Shown here one piece after another: positions 1-11,730 of a stretch of DNA of 64,000 bases. The stretch spans positions 207,453-271,452 of the forward strand of contig JAAOMT010000231.1 in NCBI GenBank assembly GCA_016748015.1, given 5' to 3'. Numbering within the stretch: position 1 is the first letter of the stretch; every line of letters begins with the position of its first letter. Origin of the DNA: Geosiphon pyriformis uo1. Its lineage: Eukaryota; Fungi; Glomeromycota. Both the position numbers and the translations under genes were made by a program. The notes below the pieces were generated by a model. The model searched no databases. It had not been told where the DNA came from and was given only the letters and a program-made list of their open reading frames with translations.

Positions 1-849
1 GAAATTTCCATGCTAGCCTAGCTCATTTTTATATTTGAAAAAATAACACAACTAATCATTGGAGTATTTAAAACTACTCGTTAACTCTATTTTCAAGGTC
101 CAAAAGAATTTTTCATTCAAAATCTTATAATATTAGCTTCCAATTGCGGTTAACATTTTATCCTATTAATGAAACATGCTTAGGCAATTAAAGGCTAATA
201 TTAATAATACTTGTATTTTTTAAAATTGAAATCTGACAATCTGACTGGTCTATTCGACAAACCGTAGAAAGACCATTTTTGTAAAGCAATAACAACTCTT
301 TTATTTGAGAGGAAATAGGTGGTTGAAATCTATTTTAGGAAATAATTGAACAAAAACAGGGCACTTTTGACCAAAATAGCTAAAATCAATGTAATCCAAC
401 AAGTAAAATCTTGTTAGATTAAATTAAATTTCAAAAAACAAACTTGATAAAGTTTGGCGTAAGTTCAACATTACATCATATACCATAATTATGGCGAGTT
501 TTAGCTGGCATGTGTTTTTTCAAAAATGAATTGATCCATCCAAGTCGGAGCTCAAGCATTTCGCGATGCATTTGGATGATGCTTCTGCAGATTTACGGAG
601 CTTTGATCAGGTGGAAGATTATGCAATCTCTTAAAAAGAGTAACCGGTAAATGTATCACGGAACAGATAAAATCTGGTCATCATCCACAAACAAAGCGTT
701 TGTAATACGTCAAATCTGCTGTGTTTGTGCCTGGGCCTTTTTCCAATAAAAAAAGCGAATTATACAGAGGTTCCATTTTGCGTTCTGAAATTCTCAAGAT
801 TTTCTATTTTTTGAATCGTTTTCTCATTGAAATTTCTCAAATCAATTAA

Positions 850-1401
850 ATGTCTGAAACGAACGAGGGATTTCCCGTCAAAAGAAATGATTATAATGAG
901 GTGACAGGGCCACTAAGCGTAAGAAAAATCGAGGCAAATGAATCAAAAGATCATCATGTTAAGGTTGAAATTCCCACTGAACATAGTAAGTCTTGAAATA
1001 AAGAAGATTTGTCTATAGGTTTTGTTTTTCCTTTCAAATATTTGACGTCAAAAATTGTAATTTAATTTAAAAAAAAAAAGACCCGATACCGCTATACCGT
1101 AACCCAACTAAAGCACCAGGAGAATTAGAGTTGGCCAAATTTGAAACACAAAGTATAGATGAACAAACGCAACCATATAAACATGATGGTCCTTGGTACA
1201 AAGATATTTCCCAAAGAAGATGGATCATTTTTGGTGTACTAGCTATTGTTATTGTTATCGTCATAGTAGTTGGTGAGTCTTTGCTTTTGTTTTTGAGTAA
1301 AATTTTTTACTTTTTAAACGAATTATATTCATGAAAAAATATTTATTTTTATCCATAAAGTTCCAGTAACGGTAGCTCACGCTATTAAGACTAAGGACTA
1401 A
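850..1401 (+). CDS. Small 3-exon protein (~122 aa) with one C-terminal transmembrane helix; function unknown
   Basis: ATG 850; exons 850-985, 1081-1272, 1361-1401 joined by GT..AG introns (GTAAGT 986, GTGAGT 1273) with consistent phases; open to TAA 1399-1401; hydrophobic WIIFGVLAIVIVIVIVVVPVTV preceded by RR. Confidence 0.75.
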
Positions 1402-3844
1402 GATCCTATTTATTTTTTAAAAAAGCTTTTTCTTTTTTTTATAATTATTAATACGTTAATAAATCTAATACTGGGCCTCTTACAGATAATAGTTAGATTT
1501 TTGTAATATATTAAATCGCCGTTGTAATTTATCGAATTTCACTTCCATATAAAAGACACAATTGATGCCATATTTTCATTTGCAAGAATGAGATAATTTA
1601 TTTTTACTTGGGCAATATGAGCCATTGAATATACTTTTTGCAATCTCATTATTGCTTCGTTCAACATTTATAGTTTATTCTGGATTTATTCAAATAAATA
1701 AATAAACATGATTAATCTTTTTTTTTAATTTCTCAAGTTTCAGGTTTTTATCAATAGTCTCAAAGCAACCAATGAATCATCAAACTTATTGAAAATAAAT
1801 TTACGTTATGGCGAGCTGTTAAAGATTTGCCTGAAGATTGATTGGCTTTTATTTTGTTGAAATCAAAGATTAATCAAGTGATAAGTTTTGGTTTAAATGT
1901 TAAATTTTGCATTTTACATTTCTTTCAAGTTTTAAAATATATTAATAAATCTTGTTTTTATTGTATTTTGCGTTATTTATTTAAATGTTCACAATATTCT
2001 TTTAAGCTTCTTTATAAAATAAAAAGAGCATAGAGATGTCAGTCTCTTTATGCTATTGTTTATATATATTTCTTGCACAAAAAATTCATCTTCTTTTTTC
2101 TCATTAAAAGAAAAGATCCTTGAAGATATAAAAACACTATCAAGTATTTAAATTCTTATTGGCATATTAAATAAGAAAAATTAAGTTTGTTTAGGCTTTA
2201 GCTTTGAAATATTGAAAATAAAAAATATTTTTAATATCCTTTTGCTTCAATCTTTTCACTCGAGAATTAAACCAAATTATCTCAGTTCAAAATTAATTCA
2301 ACTTAATTTACTTGATTTTTATTAAAAAATTTTATTGAAAATAATTAATGAAATTAAGATGTTGCCAGTCAAGAAATGAATCCTTGAAGTATTTACACAA
2401 AATTATTCAACCGATTGGAAAGTCCATAACAGCGCAAGTTTTATAATGGTTTTTTCATCGTTATTCATTAGCTTATTTTTTAAAAATATTATCTAACAAA
2501 CCGAATTCAAAAAATGTAAACTAGATAAAAACAATTTTTTTATTTTCATTTTATAACATAGGCATTTTTAGACCAAAAATCAAAATTTCCTTCCTGATTT
2601 ATTGTTGTAAACTCATTAGCTTTGTATTTGATGAGATTAATAATTACATATTTTATCAAACTCATCAACAGTGAAATTTCTTGAGTAAAAACTTTTGATT
2701 AAATTTTCTCTGCTCTTTATATACCTCTAGAAAAATTAAGTTATTAATTTTAATAATAAAAATAAATCCTATAACCAAAGTGTTTTGAGCAGCTAAATAA
2801 TTTTTCTATGGTTGAAAACAATTCACTACTTTAAAGATGAAGTGGAAATTTAAAAAATGTATAAATATGTTGTTTGATAAAAATAATGACCTTATTGAGA
2901 TTGAAACCACTTTTGCTCGTGGCCAAAAGAATCCAGATCAATTTTTGCCACCAAAAAAATTAAAATTGTAGGAAAAGCAAAAAAGTTATATACTAGAAGC
3001 TTTAATGTTTTTAAAAAAATTTGTGTTAATTTAATTGATTATTTTCAAAGGTGCTTTCTTTTTGGTAAGTCTTCAATCTTCTTTTATAGAAGATTTTTTT
3101 TCTAGTTTGATTCAAGCTTGAAAAAGATTTAATAAATTTATGAGTTTCACTTTTAAATTTTCAAAGACCTTTAATTTTTCACAGCATTATCAAATTAGAA
3201 TTTATTAATACATGATTATTAATTTTAACAAGAATATTTAGCCTCTTAACTTTTTGAAGATCTCTGTTGGAATATTTTTCATTAGGAATACTTTATAACA
3301 AAATCTACCCAACTATTCATTTTAAAGATTTTAAATTTATTAATTAACTTTTTTTTTTTTTTGTTAACGTGTAGCCACGCTGGTCTTTTATTAGTTTAGC
3401 CACGCTCAAAAAGCATGACCTTTTCATAAAGCCAACTCACCCAATAATCTAAATTACAAGATGTGGCTAACCACTTATTAATTAACTCGATAACTTTTGA
3501 AAAACAATTAGTTCACCTGGTTGACCTATTTCAACTCGACGAACTTCCACAGTAGAAGAAAATAAAAAAAACAATTAATAACAAAGTTGATTGGAATCAA
3601 TCTTTGTTAAGTAATTATTTTCTCAAAAAATAGAAGTGATTTATTCGCGTATATCAAAATTCAGTAGCTTTTGACTGAAACCATTCATACTTGATAGCTT
3701 GATAAAAGTGGTTTTATAAAATTAAATGCCATATTATACCATACTATCAACATGCTTTTGAAGCCAAATCTCTGATGACATGATGCATGTGTTTTGATCA
3801 CTATTTAATAATTATTTAATCGGAAATAAAATGATTTTTATTTT

Positions 3845-3873
<29 letters not shown>
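3845..3873. repeat. (AAT)n microsatellite
   Basis: Direct reading of the ataataata tract. Confidence 0.9.
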
Positions 3874-3877
<4 letters not shown>

Positions 3878-4789
3878 TTTAGATTTCACATTTTATTAAG
3901 TAAATTAACATTAAGAAAATATTCTAAGCCAAATATGTTTATTGGCAAAAAATACAAATGTTCAAATTTTTACTAGTTGTTAGAATGTCATGAAAGAATA
4001 TTAATTAAAATGCAGATTTTTTAATATAAAACCAATGATTGCTTGAATTCGTAACTTTGGAAACTTGGAAAAAGTGGTTGAGAGAAATCTTTAAGAGAAA
4101 CTGTCCAAAGCATGTTGAATCTTGATAATAAACTTTTTTAGAGCACAAAATAAGAACTTTTTTCAAAGATTCTACAGGTTATTTGGGTGAATTTATTAAA
4201 AATTTCATAACAATATATTTCTAATATTATATACTATAATGCCTATTTTTGTTAAATAAACATTTTTAAAAAGTGCTGAGGCAATTTCGACAACTGAGAT
4301 TTTTTTCACAAAGATGGAATGCTATTGAACTATAGTTTGATCGTGAAATGAAATTTATATGGGCAAAGTTTCACAACAATAAACGTATTTCTACATTAAA
4401 TAAATCACGCAAAAGAATTCTGAATTAAAGTAGATTTTAAGATATATATTCAAAATTAGAAACTAAATAAAAAGATTATTTCAATATTTTTACATGAACA
4501 TTGGTGAAAGTCTTTTGCATAAAAATTAAGCTTGGCAAAATTAATCTAAAACCTTGTGTAAGATAGCTTTTAGCAACAAAAATATATCCATACAAGATTA
4601 GAAACAATTTTTTTGCATTCTATTTAAAAACACTTTTCTTAAGAAATTCATGTCTTTTTCAAAGGAAGATCTTTGGATAGAGAAAATTTTATTGCCTCTT
4701 GAAAAAAGAATAATCTAGTGCATTCATTTTAATTCAAAATTTCAAAATTTATTTAATAAACATTTCTCTGTCCTCAAGAGCGACGGGTT

Positions 4790-5760
4790 AAAATTTTTCT
4801 TTATTATATTTAAATATGTTGAGTCTTAAAGAATCTTGTATAAATTCAGATTTTTTAATCCAAGCAAAAATATGTTGTTTTTGTATATCTTTCAAACAGG
4901 TAGCCCATTTCTTTGAACAACCTAATTTTTGCTGGCTATACGATAAAAAAGAACGTTTTATACAAAATTCATGATCTTTTTTAAAGGTCAATTAAAATTT
5001 TTGAAAAAGCATAGAAGACAGTTGAAATCTTAACTTCCAATGTATTCAGTTTAATCTTAAATTTTTACTTCAATTTTAATTATATATTTATTTGTTTGAC
5101 GCTATTATTTTATATAAAAATTTTTTGATTAATTTTTTTCAAAACTTTCTTGAAATAATAATTATCTCCCATAGTATACACTATCTCTGCTTTCCATGAT
5201 CATTTTAAACCAAATTGAATTTCATTATTTTAGCAATACTTTAAGTGCTGGGTTGGAAAATTGAATTAGGCAGTTCATTTATTAATCTTGATATGTAAAA
5301 GAGTATTAGACTATTTTTTGTCTATTTAAATCATTAAATTGCTTTGATTGTTTACTGAAAATATCATATTTTTTAATATATGCTACATAATAATATCCAA
5401 ATTAGGTTAAGCAATATTTAAGTAAGTGATATCATAGCTTTTACACAAAACCCATTTAGGTAGTCTCAAAGAATAATATATTTGTGCTACCAGAATCAAA
5501 TTACTTCATAAATTTAAATCCTTCAAAATGAATAGTTATTGGTAAGTTTTGACATACAATATTTTTCTTGTTTTTCCTATTCCTTCCAAATGAAAAAATA
5601 TTCCAATTAAGAGATAATTGCAAAGATGCTGAAAAAAGGTTTATCTCAGAGCCAATTATTGAAGTTTTGTATTAAATAACCCATTTAAAGACTAGTGTAA
5701 TACATGCATTTTTACAGATCTAAATTGATCTTCTTACTTTTTTCTTAATAGAAAATAAGA
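4790..5760 (-). pseudogene. Probable highly decayed TKL-kinase relic
   Basis: Minus-strand fragments in kinase order: IHFEGFKFMK*FDSGSTNILFFETT*MG (cf. WIPFEQF..IGKGGFG.VYSATWLNG in the 37 kb kinase), then ILWEII; many stops. Confidence 0.35.
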
Positions 5761-7416
5761 ATCAAAGACATTTAAAAAATTTAAACGTGATTTGACATGG
5801 ATAAAAAATTCCAATTATTCTTAGCTAATCATTAAAAACTCATAGTTTTCATTATTTTAATTTTAATAATTCTGATATATATTTTTCTTTTTAAGTCGAC
5901 AGCAATAATCTTGCAACTATGATAATAGGCGAACTTGATGGATTTTATAATTACAGTAAGTTTATTCGGTTTTTCTGAATATATTTTTATTTCATATTTT
6001 CCAAATATTAAAAAGGCCTATCTTTTGAAATTGCGCTTTAATAATGGCGATTTCGTTCAAAATATTTATTCTTTTTAACCATATATTTACCTTTACCTTC
6101 ACGTAACTCTCGTTGAATAGTGTCTACACTAATGTTAACCTTTCGTTTTTTTAATTTTCCCATTACATATCAGATGAATTTCATTTTTTGCAATTTCCTT
6201 TTTGTTTCCTCCCACCTTTTAACCCAATAAAGTGCTGTAGAATTACTACAATGAATGTACTTTGCTGTTAAGTCTAAGCATCAATTCTTCTTTAACTCTT
6301 AATTTTCTGATTCTGATTTTTTTTGGTCAGTTTCATTAATATACTTTAAATTATTTTTTGAAATAATCCACTAACACTTAAATCTGATATTTTTTATCTC
6401 CAACCTCATTTTTTTTAAAGTTTCTACCATACACGGAAAATTATTGTTAGAAAATTAACAAAGAGAGTTACCTTAAAATAAAATATCATGGGCTTTTCCT
6501 TGAAATACCCTTTTTATTTTAACAAATAGATTTATCTCAATTCGTAATTAAGATCGATATCCTGGGTCTTTTAACCATTATGAGTTTTCACTTAAAACTT
6601 GACACGTTTATTCTTGTGATATGTTCACTGCCAAACCAATAAATACTTATCCGCTGAATTCCCTTGTTCGCATGAAAAGATTATCTATATTATGAACTGC
6701 ATTGATAATGAACGGATGGAGTAGGCTTGTTTCGCAGAAGGAAGCATATATTTTCAGTCTTACAAATCCGATTATTTTGGTTAGTGTGAAATTTCAAATG
6801 ATGAAAAAGTTGCGAAACTTCTAGACTATTTGATGGAGAAAAAATCTTCATACTTAAAACCAGTCATTCTTTGCAATTCATCAAAGAAATATTCGGTTGG
6901 GCCTTGTTGATTTTAATCTCGAATGATTTAAAAGCATTATTAAATTTTTGCATTCTGATTTATTGGTTTTGGTTTTATCTTGACAACAATATCTTGATTC
7001 ACTAATGGAAATTCCCCCTAATTTTTTAATGGAACTTTCTCGCAGAAAAAATATCTCGTTAGGATTAATTTAAAAACCTTAAATGAAAATTCTAAGACAA
7101 CACAATTTGAAATGCATTCTTCATTCAAACCCTAAAAATGCGACATATACGGCAGTCGGTGTAATATTGAATAGACCCTTGACATTGTGATCATGATCAA
7201 ATAAGGAAATCATGTTACCCAAGGAGAATGTTGAAGAAAACTTGTTTTTATCGAGAAAATTTTTTCTTCAATCTAAAACGGGCTTTGAAAATTTTTTGAA
7301 CCAATACAAACATCAATAAGTAAAAGATAGGCAAACGGCTTGGAAGGGAAAGGATTTATATGGACAAGCGTCAGAATTTATTGTCCAGTGAGGCTGCATA
7401 ACATAGCATATTCGGC

Positions 7417-9105
7417 ATGATCGGTCCGATGCTTTTTTTTTTGTGGCGCTCATTTATACCAGCAAGTTTGCAAAAAGGATTCTCCACTCATCAAAGATCG
7501 AAGTTGCTGTCCTTGACAACTCTTTTCAAAATGACTTCGTATGCACTAAAAACTTTGTATCAGTTCTTTTGCTCCAAATGTTCTTTGGGTGCAAAGTCAA
7601 TTTACAGTCCACCTTTGGCGTCGGACGGGGACACTTTTTGGCAGCTTAGGTTTGAGCCAGTATGTTAATTGAAATTCTTTAAAATTGATTAATGAAAGTT
7701 CTGCTTTGAATTTTAAATTCCTTGGACTTTTCATTGCTTTTTAATAACTGCCATTCAAGATTTTCGTTATGTTTAATCAAAATGTTCCAATTTTTAGACA
7801 AACCCTTACAATGGTGAATATTGTTCTTTGTATCTTGAGGCAATTCCAGGAAAATGTGAAATTCAAAACACCACCGCTGACTGGCCGGCTCGCAAAAAGA
7901 TTCTTCCTAGAATATTCATCAGAAAAGCTAATAATGAACAGACTGATATAGTTACCAAAGCAGTGAAAGCAAGTTTCAATGCTGAAGGATATAGCTGGGG
8001 TAAGTAAAATTTATAAAAATGAATTCAATCGCTTCACGATACGCTGAATACTTTGACAAGCGATAAAACCTCTAAACTTATTAGGGTGGGCCAACTTTTG
8101 CTTAAAGTCTGATCTTCCTGAAACCTTCTGTTTTGGTGTTGAATTCGACAAATCATCTTTAATCGACCAAGGCTTTTTTGGCCCACTGACTGCTCCAACC
8201 AAGCCCAAACTGTTGGAGGCCTGGATGAAGCAATTCAATAATCCTAAAACCTCGGATGTAAAGTTTAGTTTTGGCGAAGAAGGGTATCTTTTCGCCAGTA
8301 GCTTGATCTTAGCCGCTCAATCTGAATACTTTGAAACAATGTTCCATGAAACATTAAACGACTCAACCTCCGATAATTCGCCAGAATGTAAAAAATTTGA
8401 TCATAAACGACAAGATTCTACGTCATCATCTGACACGGCCGTGAATGAACCACAACACGAAAAGGGAGACACGGAAAGTGGACTGGAGGAAATCCCATGG
8501 GCATCATCCGATACCGAGAGTGTCACTACATTGCACATACGACAGGCCAAAGTTTACGATTACGAAATCGAGATCACCGATGTCTCACGAGAACTCTTTG
8601 GCCAAATGTTGATGTACCTATATACTGGAGAAATCTTCTTCTTAGATGATGTTCCATCAAAACCATGTAGAAACGCTTTTGACTTGTACATATTAGCGGA
8701 CCAATATTCCCTGGAAGAATTAAAAAAAGACGCCCAAAATCACATTGTCGCTTCACTTACAATCAACAATGCTGCCGAAATATTCTTTGAAACAGCATGG
8801 AAATGGCCAGCATTAAAATCCGAAGTCAGCAAGTTTATCGTTGCCAATTTTGTAGACATTTGTAATTCGGATGGATACAATAAGATTCTGGCCAAAAATC
8901 ATCTACATTCTTCATTCCATGAGCTGAATACAGAAATCTTGCTAGCTCTTTTCCGGAAAGAAATCCCCAAAAAAATCATTAAGGATAAAACCGAAAAGGT
9001 ATTTAAGGTCTATTTTATTCTCACTCTTAGTCAGCCTAATTTTAACATCTTATCTTAAAGCTGGGGGAAAATTCGACCACGTTAAGTTCTTACAAATTAA
9101 AGTAG
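7417..9105 (+). CDS. MATH-BTB/POZ (SPOP-like) cullin-3 adaptor; 5' end frameshifted/decayed, possibly pseudogenising
   Basis: Exons ..7659, 7798-7999, 8085-8998, 9061-9105 with GT-AG introns in phase. MATH motifs IYSPPL..FWQLRFEP, EYCSLYLEA, SWGWANFC; BTB motifs SDVKFSF..LILAAQSEYFETMF and F.QMLMYLYTGEI..LYILADQYSLEELK; start codon uncertain. Confidence 0.8.
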
Positions 9106-9590
9106 CTTCGGAAACGGGGCGTTTTCAAAAACAACGTATGTATTATCTTATCTTTCTGAATGATAAATAACAATTTTTGAATCGATTAATCATTAGTGAT
9201 AAATTTTGTTCTAGGCATTGACGAGCGTGAGAAATCCAAAATTGGATTAAAAAATTTTAATCTTTATCGATTACAATTAGAATTGGATTAAACACGTCTT
9301 TATTGTATATGTTTTGCTAATCTCATCAAAAAGGTGCATTCCCAACATTGAATAATAAATACGAGAGCTCCCTATGCTAAAAGGGAGATATCTATGATTC
9401 CACTCGCAAGCAACTTTGCATTTTTGTTAGCTATAGGATTCTTAAATTTAACATCAGCGAATAAATATCTTTGATGAGTAGGATATCTGAACGTTTTTTT
9501 ATTCACCAAATGGAAACCCGGATTTAATTTTGAAAGTAAATAAAATTTAAGTTAAGTTTCGTTACATTAAGAAACTCTTGTCGTAGGAAT

Positions 9591-11569
9591 TTATATTGGT
9601 GTATGAAAAGATGGTCATGTCATCTTGGTTTTCGGAGGTGGTGCTCCCTCACGCATGAGTAAGTTGCGATAACTCATAACGCGATGCTCTGCAGATTGAA
9701 TGATAATAGTCTAATAATAAAGTAGATGTTAATTTGACATCTTGTAATGTAGAATTATCAAAAAACGCTTACTTTTGCCTGCAGGAGGACCTTGGTCATA
9801 TCGGGAAAACATCAAAGTTATGTCGGTCTTGTAGGAGATAGAACCTCCCCAGCTGGATCATTCGATATATGTTATTGAATTTGCGATCCATGACAAACGG
9901 ATCACACCGAAATCCTAATTAAATTCGAATTAAATTACAATTAAATTAGGATTAATTTAAAATTATCGATCACAATTACCTTCTATCAGGATACCACCCA
10001 TTTGAGTCGAATGAACGTCAATTATAGAATCGACCATATCCTTGAGCTCATTACCAAGTTTCGCAAGATCACTCCATGGACCTCTATTCACGCGATGTGT
10101 TGCTGGCTTGACTTCAGCAACTAGCAAAGGCACCTTGGATTGTCCAGACGTAAGTACCGCGAAGTCGGGTTTTCTTCCACGAAGAATTGGATCGAATTTT
10201 CGCTTTTGTTTATGGGAAGGGCCTAATGTAGTATTAGCCCTGATATTTTTTTAATTTATTAGTAAATATTTAATGTATACTATTTCAAATAAAATGCTTA
10301 CCATACACATTCTGTAAGCTCATTGTCTGCGAATTATACAGGTGCCAAAAGTGTCTTCATTTGCACTGGGTGCACATGGTACAAAGTGAGGCTAAAAAAG
10401 AAAAACATAAGAAATGGAAGGTTGATAAAGCAATTAACTTTGGCTAACAACCTACATTGGTTGAAAAACTCTAAAATCACATCATTGCCATCATCATTTT
10501 TTACAGCACAATGCCATTGTTTCAGCAAAGTCTTACATTCCTTGATTGAATTTCTGGCAGCCTAATTATAACCAATAAAGATAATTTATAACACGTAATT
10601 AATTTATGTATTGTAAAACAACAGTACCTACTTCAGACATGTGAATGCATCTTAAATTATCATGAATTCCGTTTTTATTTCCTTGAAGATTGATGCCCAA
10701 ATCTGCCCAACAAAATTTTCTCTTACACCATAGACAGCATCCTCTTCTAAGAGAAAAATATGATTTAAAGCAGTACAGTCCAAAAAAAATTAGGCTTTGA
10801 TTTAAAAGTATAAAACAGAGAAATTTAGAAATTAATACTTACAGAATATCAGGAGCAAGCTTAAGGGTATATGCTGATGCTTTCTTGACACATAACTTTC
10901 TGTATGCCAAAAGCATCGAGGTAATGTTAATTTCATTCAGAATCCACTAAAATATTTTAAAAGTATCAGTAATTAATTAATAGTTTACCAAATATAAACA
11001 GGCTTTTACATAGTTATTGAAGTCTGTGGAGTTTTCAAAATCCTACAACAAATCCAATTTTGGAGAGTTCAAAAGAGCAGTTAAAATATTTTCTCCTTTT
11101 TCATTTTCTATAATATATTTTACAGTAATAAAGAAATATGCAGCTGAAAATTGTATACCAACCTTTTGTGGATTAGTAGGCTTTGAGCTTATTTCAAAAT
11201 TGGTTGATTGTGATGGAATTTTTCTCAAACTAGGAATTGGTTAATTGAGAAAGAATATTATCGTAATGTATCAAGTGTATAATCACTTATAAATAAATAG
11301 AATATACAAACCTCAAAATCATTGAGTGCACTAACAGCCTTTTGAGACCATGTTTTGTCAGCTGCCTGCTCAATGATTCTCTTACATAACCATTTAAATG
11401 ATCCATGCTCATTTTGGCGGGAGGTGAAGTCAGATTTGTCCTGACGAAATTGCAAAAACTCCAAAAGTGTCAAGTTTGGAGTTGCTAAGTGGAAGTTCTT
11501 CAGGTCAACTGGAGTGTTAACCTGATTGAGAATTGCAGGGTCTGTTTTAGTCGAGTTTTCTTCAAACAT
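9591..11569 (-). pseudogene. Multi-exon PD-(D/E)xK restriction-endonuclease-fold (Crinkler REase-type) gene with stops and frameshift
   Basis: Exon ~9981-10222 reads GRKPDFAVLTSGQSKVPLLVAEVKP..DLAKLGNELKDMVD..GGILIEG; next exon FRCDPFVMDRKFNNIYRMIQLGRFYL; last exon ends T*PSFHTPI*; about 8 exons with GT-AG introns; internal stops. Confidence 0.75.
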
Positions 11570-11620
11570 AGTATTTTGATGAGCATTAGAAGGATGCAAA
11601 AAAATGATTTAAAAATTAAA

Positions 11621-11730
11621 TTTAGAAAAATAAACACGCGTGAAAATTAAGTTTCAGAAAAAAAACACGTATAAAAATTTAATGTTTATAAAAAAAACGC
11701 GTATAAAAATTAATGTTGAGAAAAATAAAT
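11621..11730. promoter_or_regulatory. ~30-bp tandem repeat (3.5 copies) carrying ACGCGT (MCB-like) boxes just upstream of the nuclease gene
   Basis: ACGCGT at 11636-41 and 11697-702, ACACGT at 11665-70, each within AAAAA..AC(G/A)CGT..AAAATTAA units. Confidence 0.55.

Noticed and set aside
3368-4500. Possible hAT transposon relic (repeated TAGCCACGCT; QRWNAIEL*FDR resembling TRWNS)
   Set aside because: Single weak motif, no TIR pair or 8-bp TSD found
10042-10565. Plus-strand ORFs of 70 and 80 aa
   Set aside because: Antisense to nuclease pseudogene exons, which carry the recognisable motifs and splice sites
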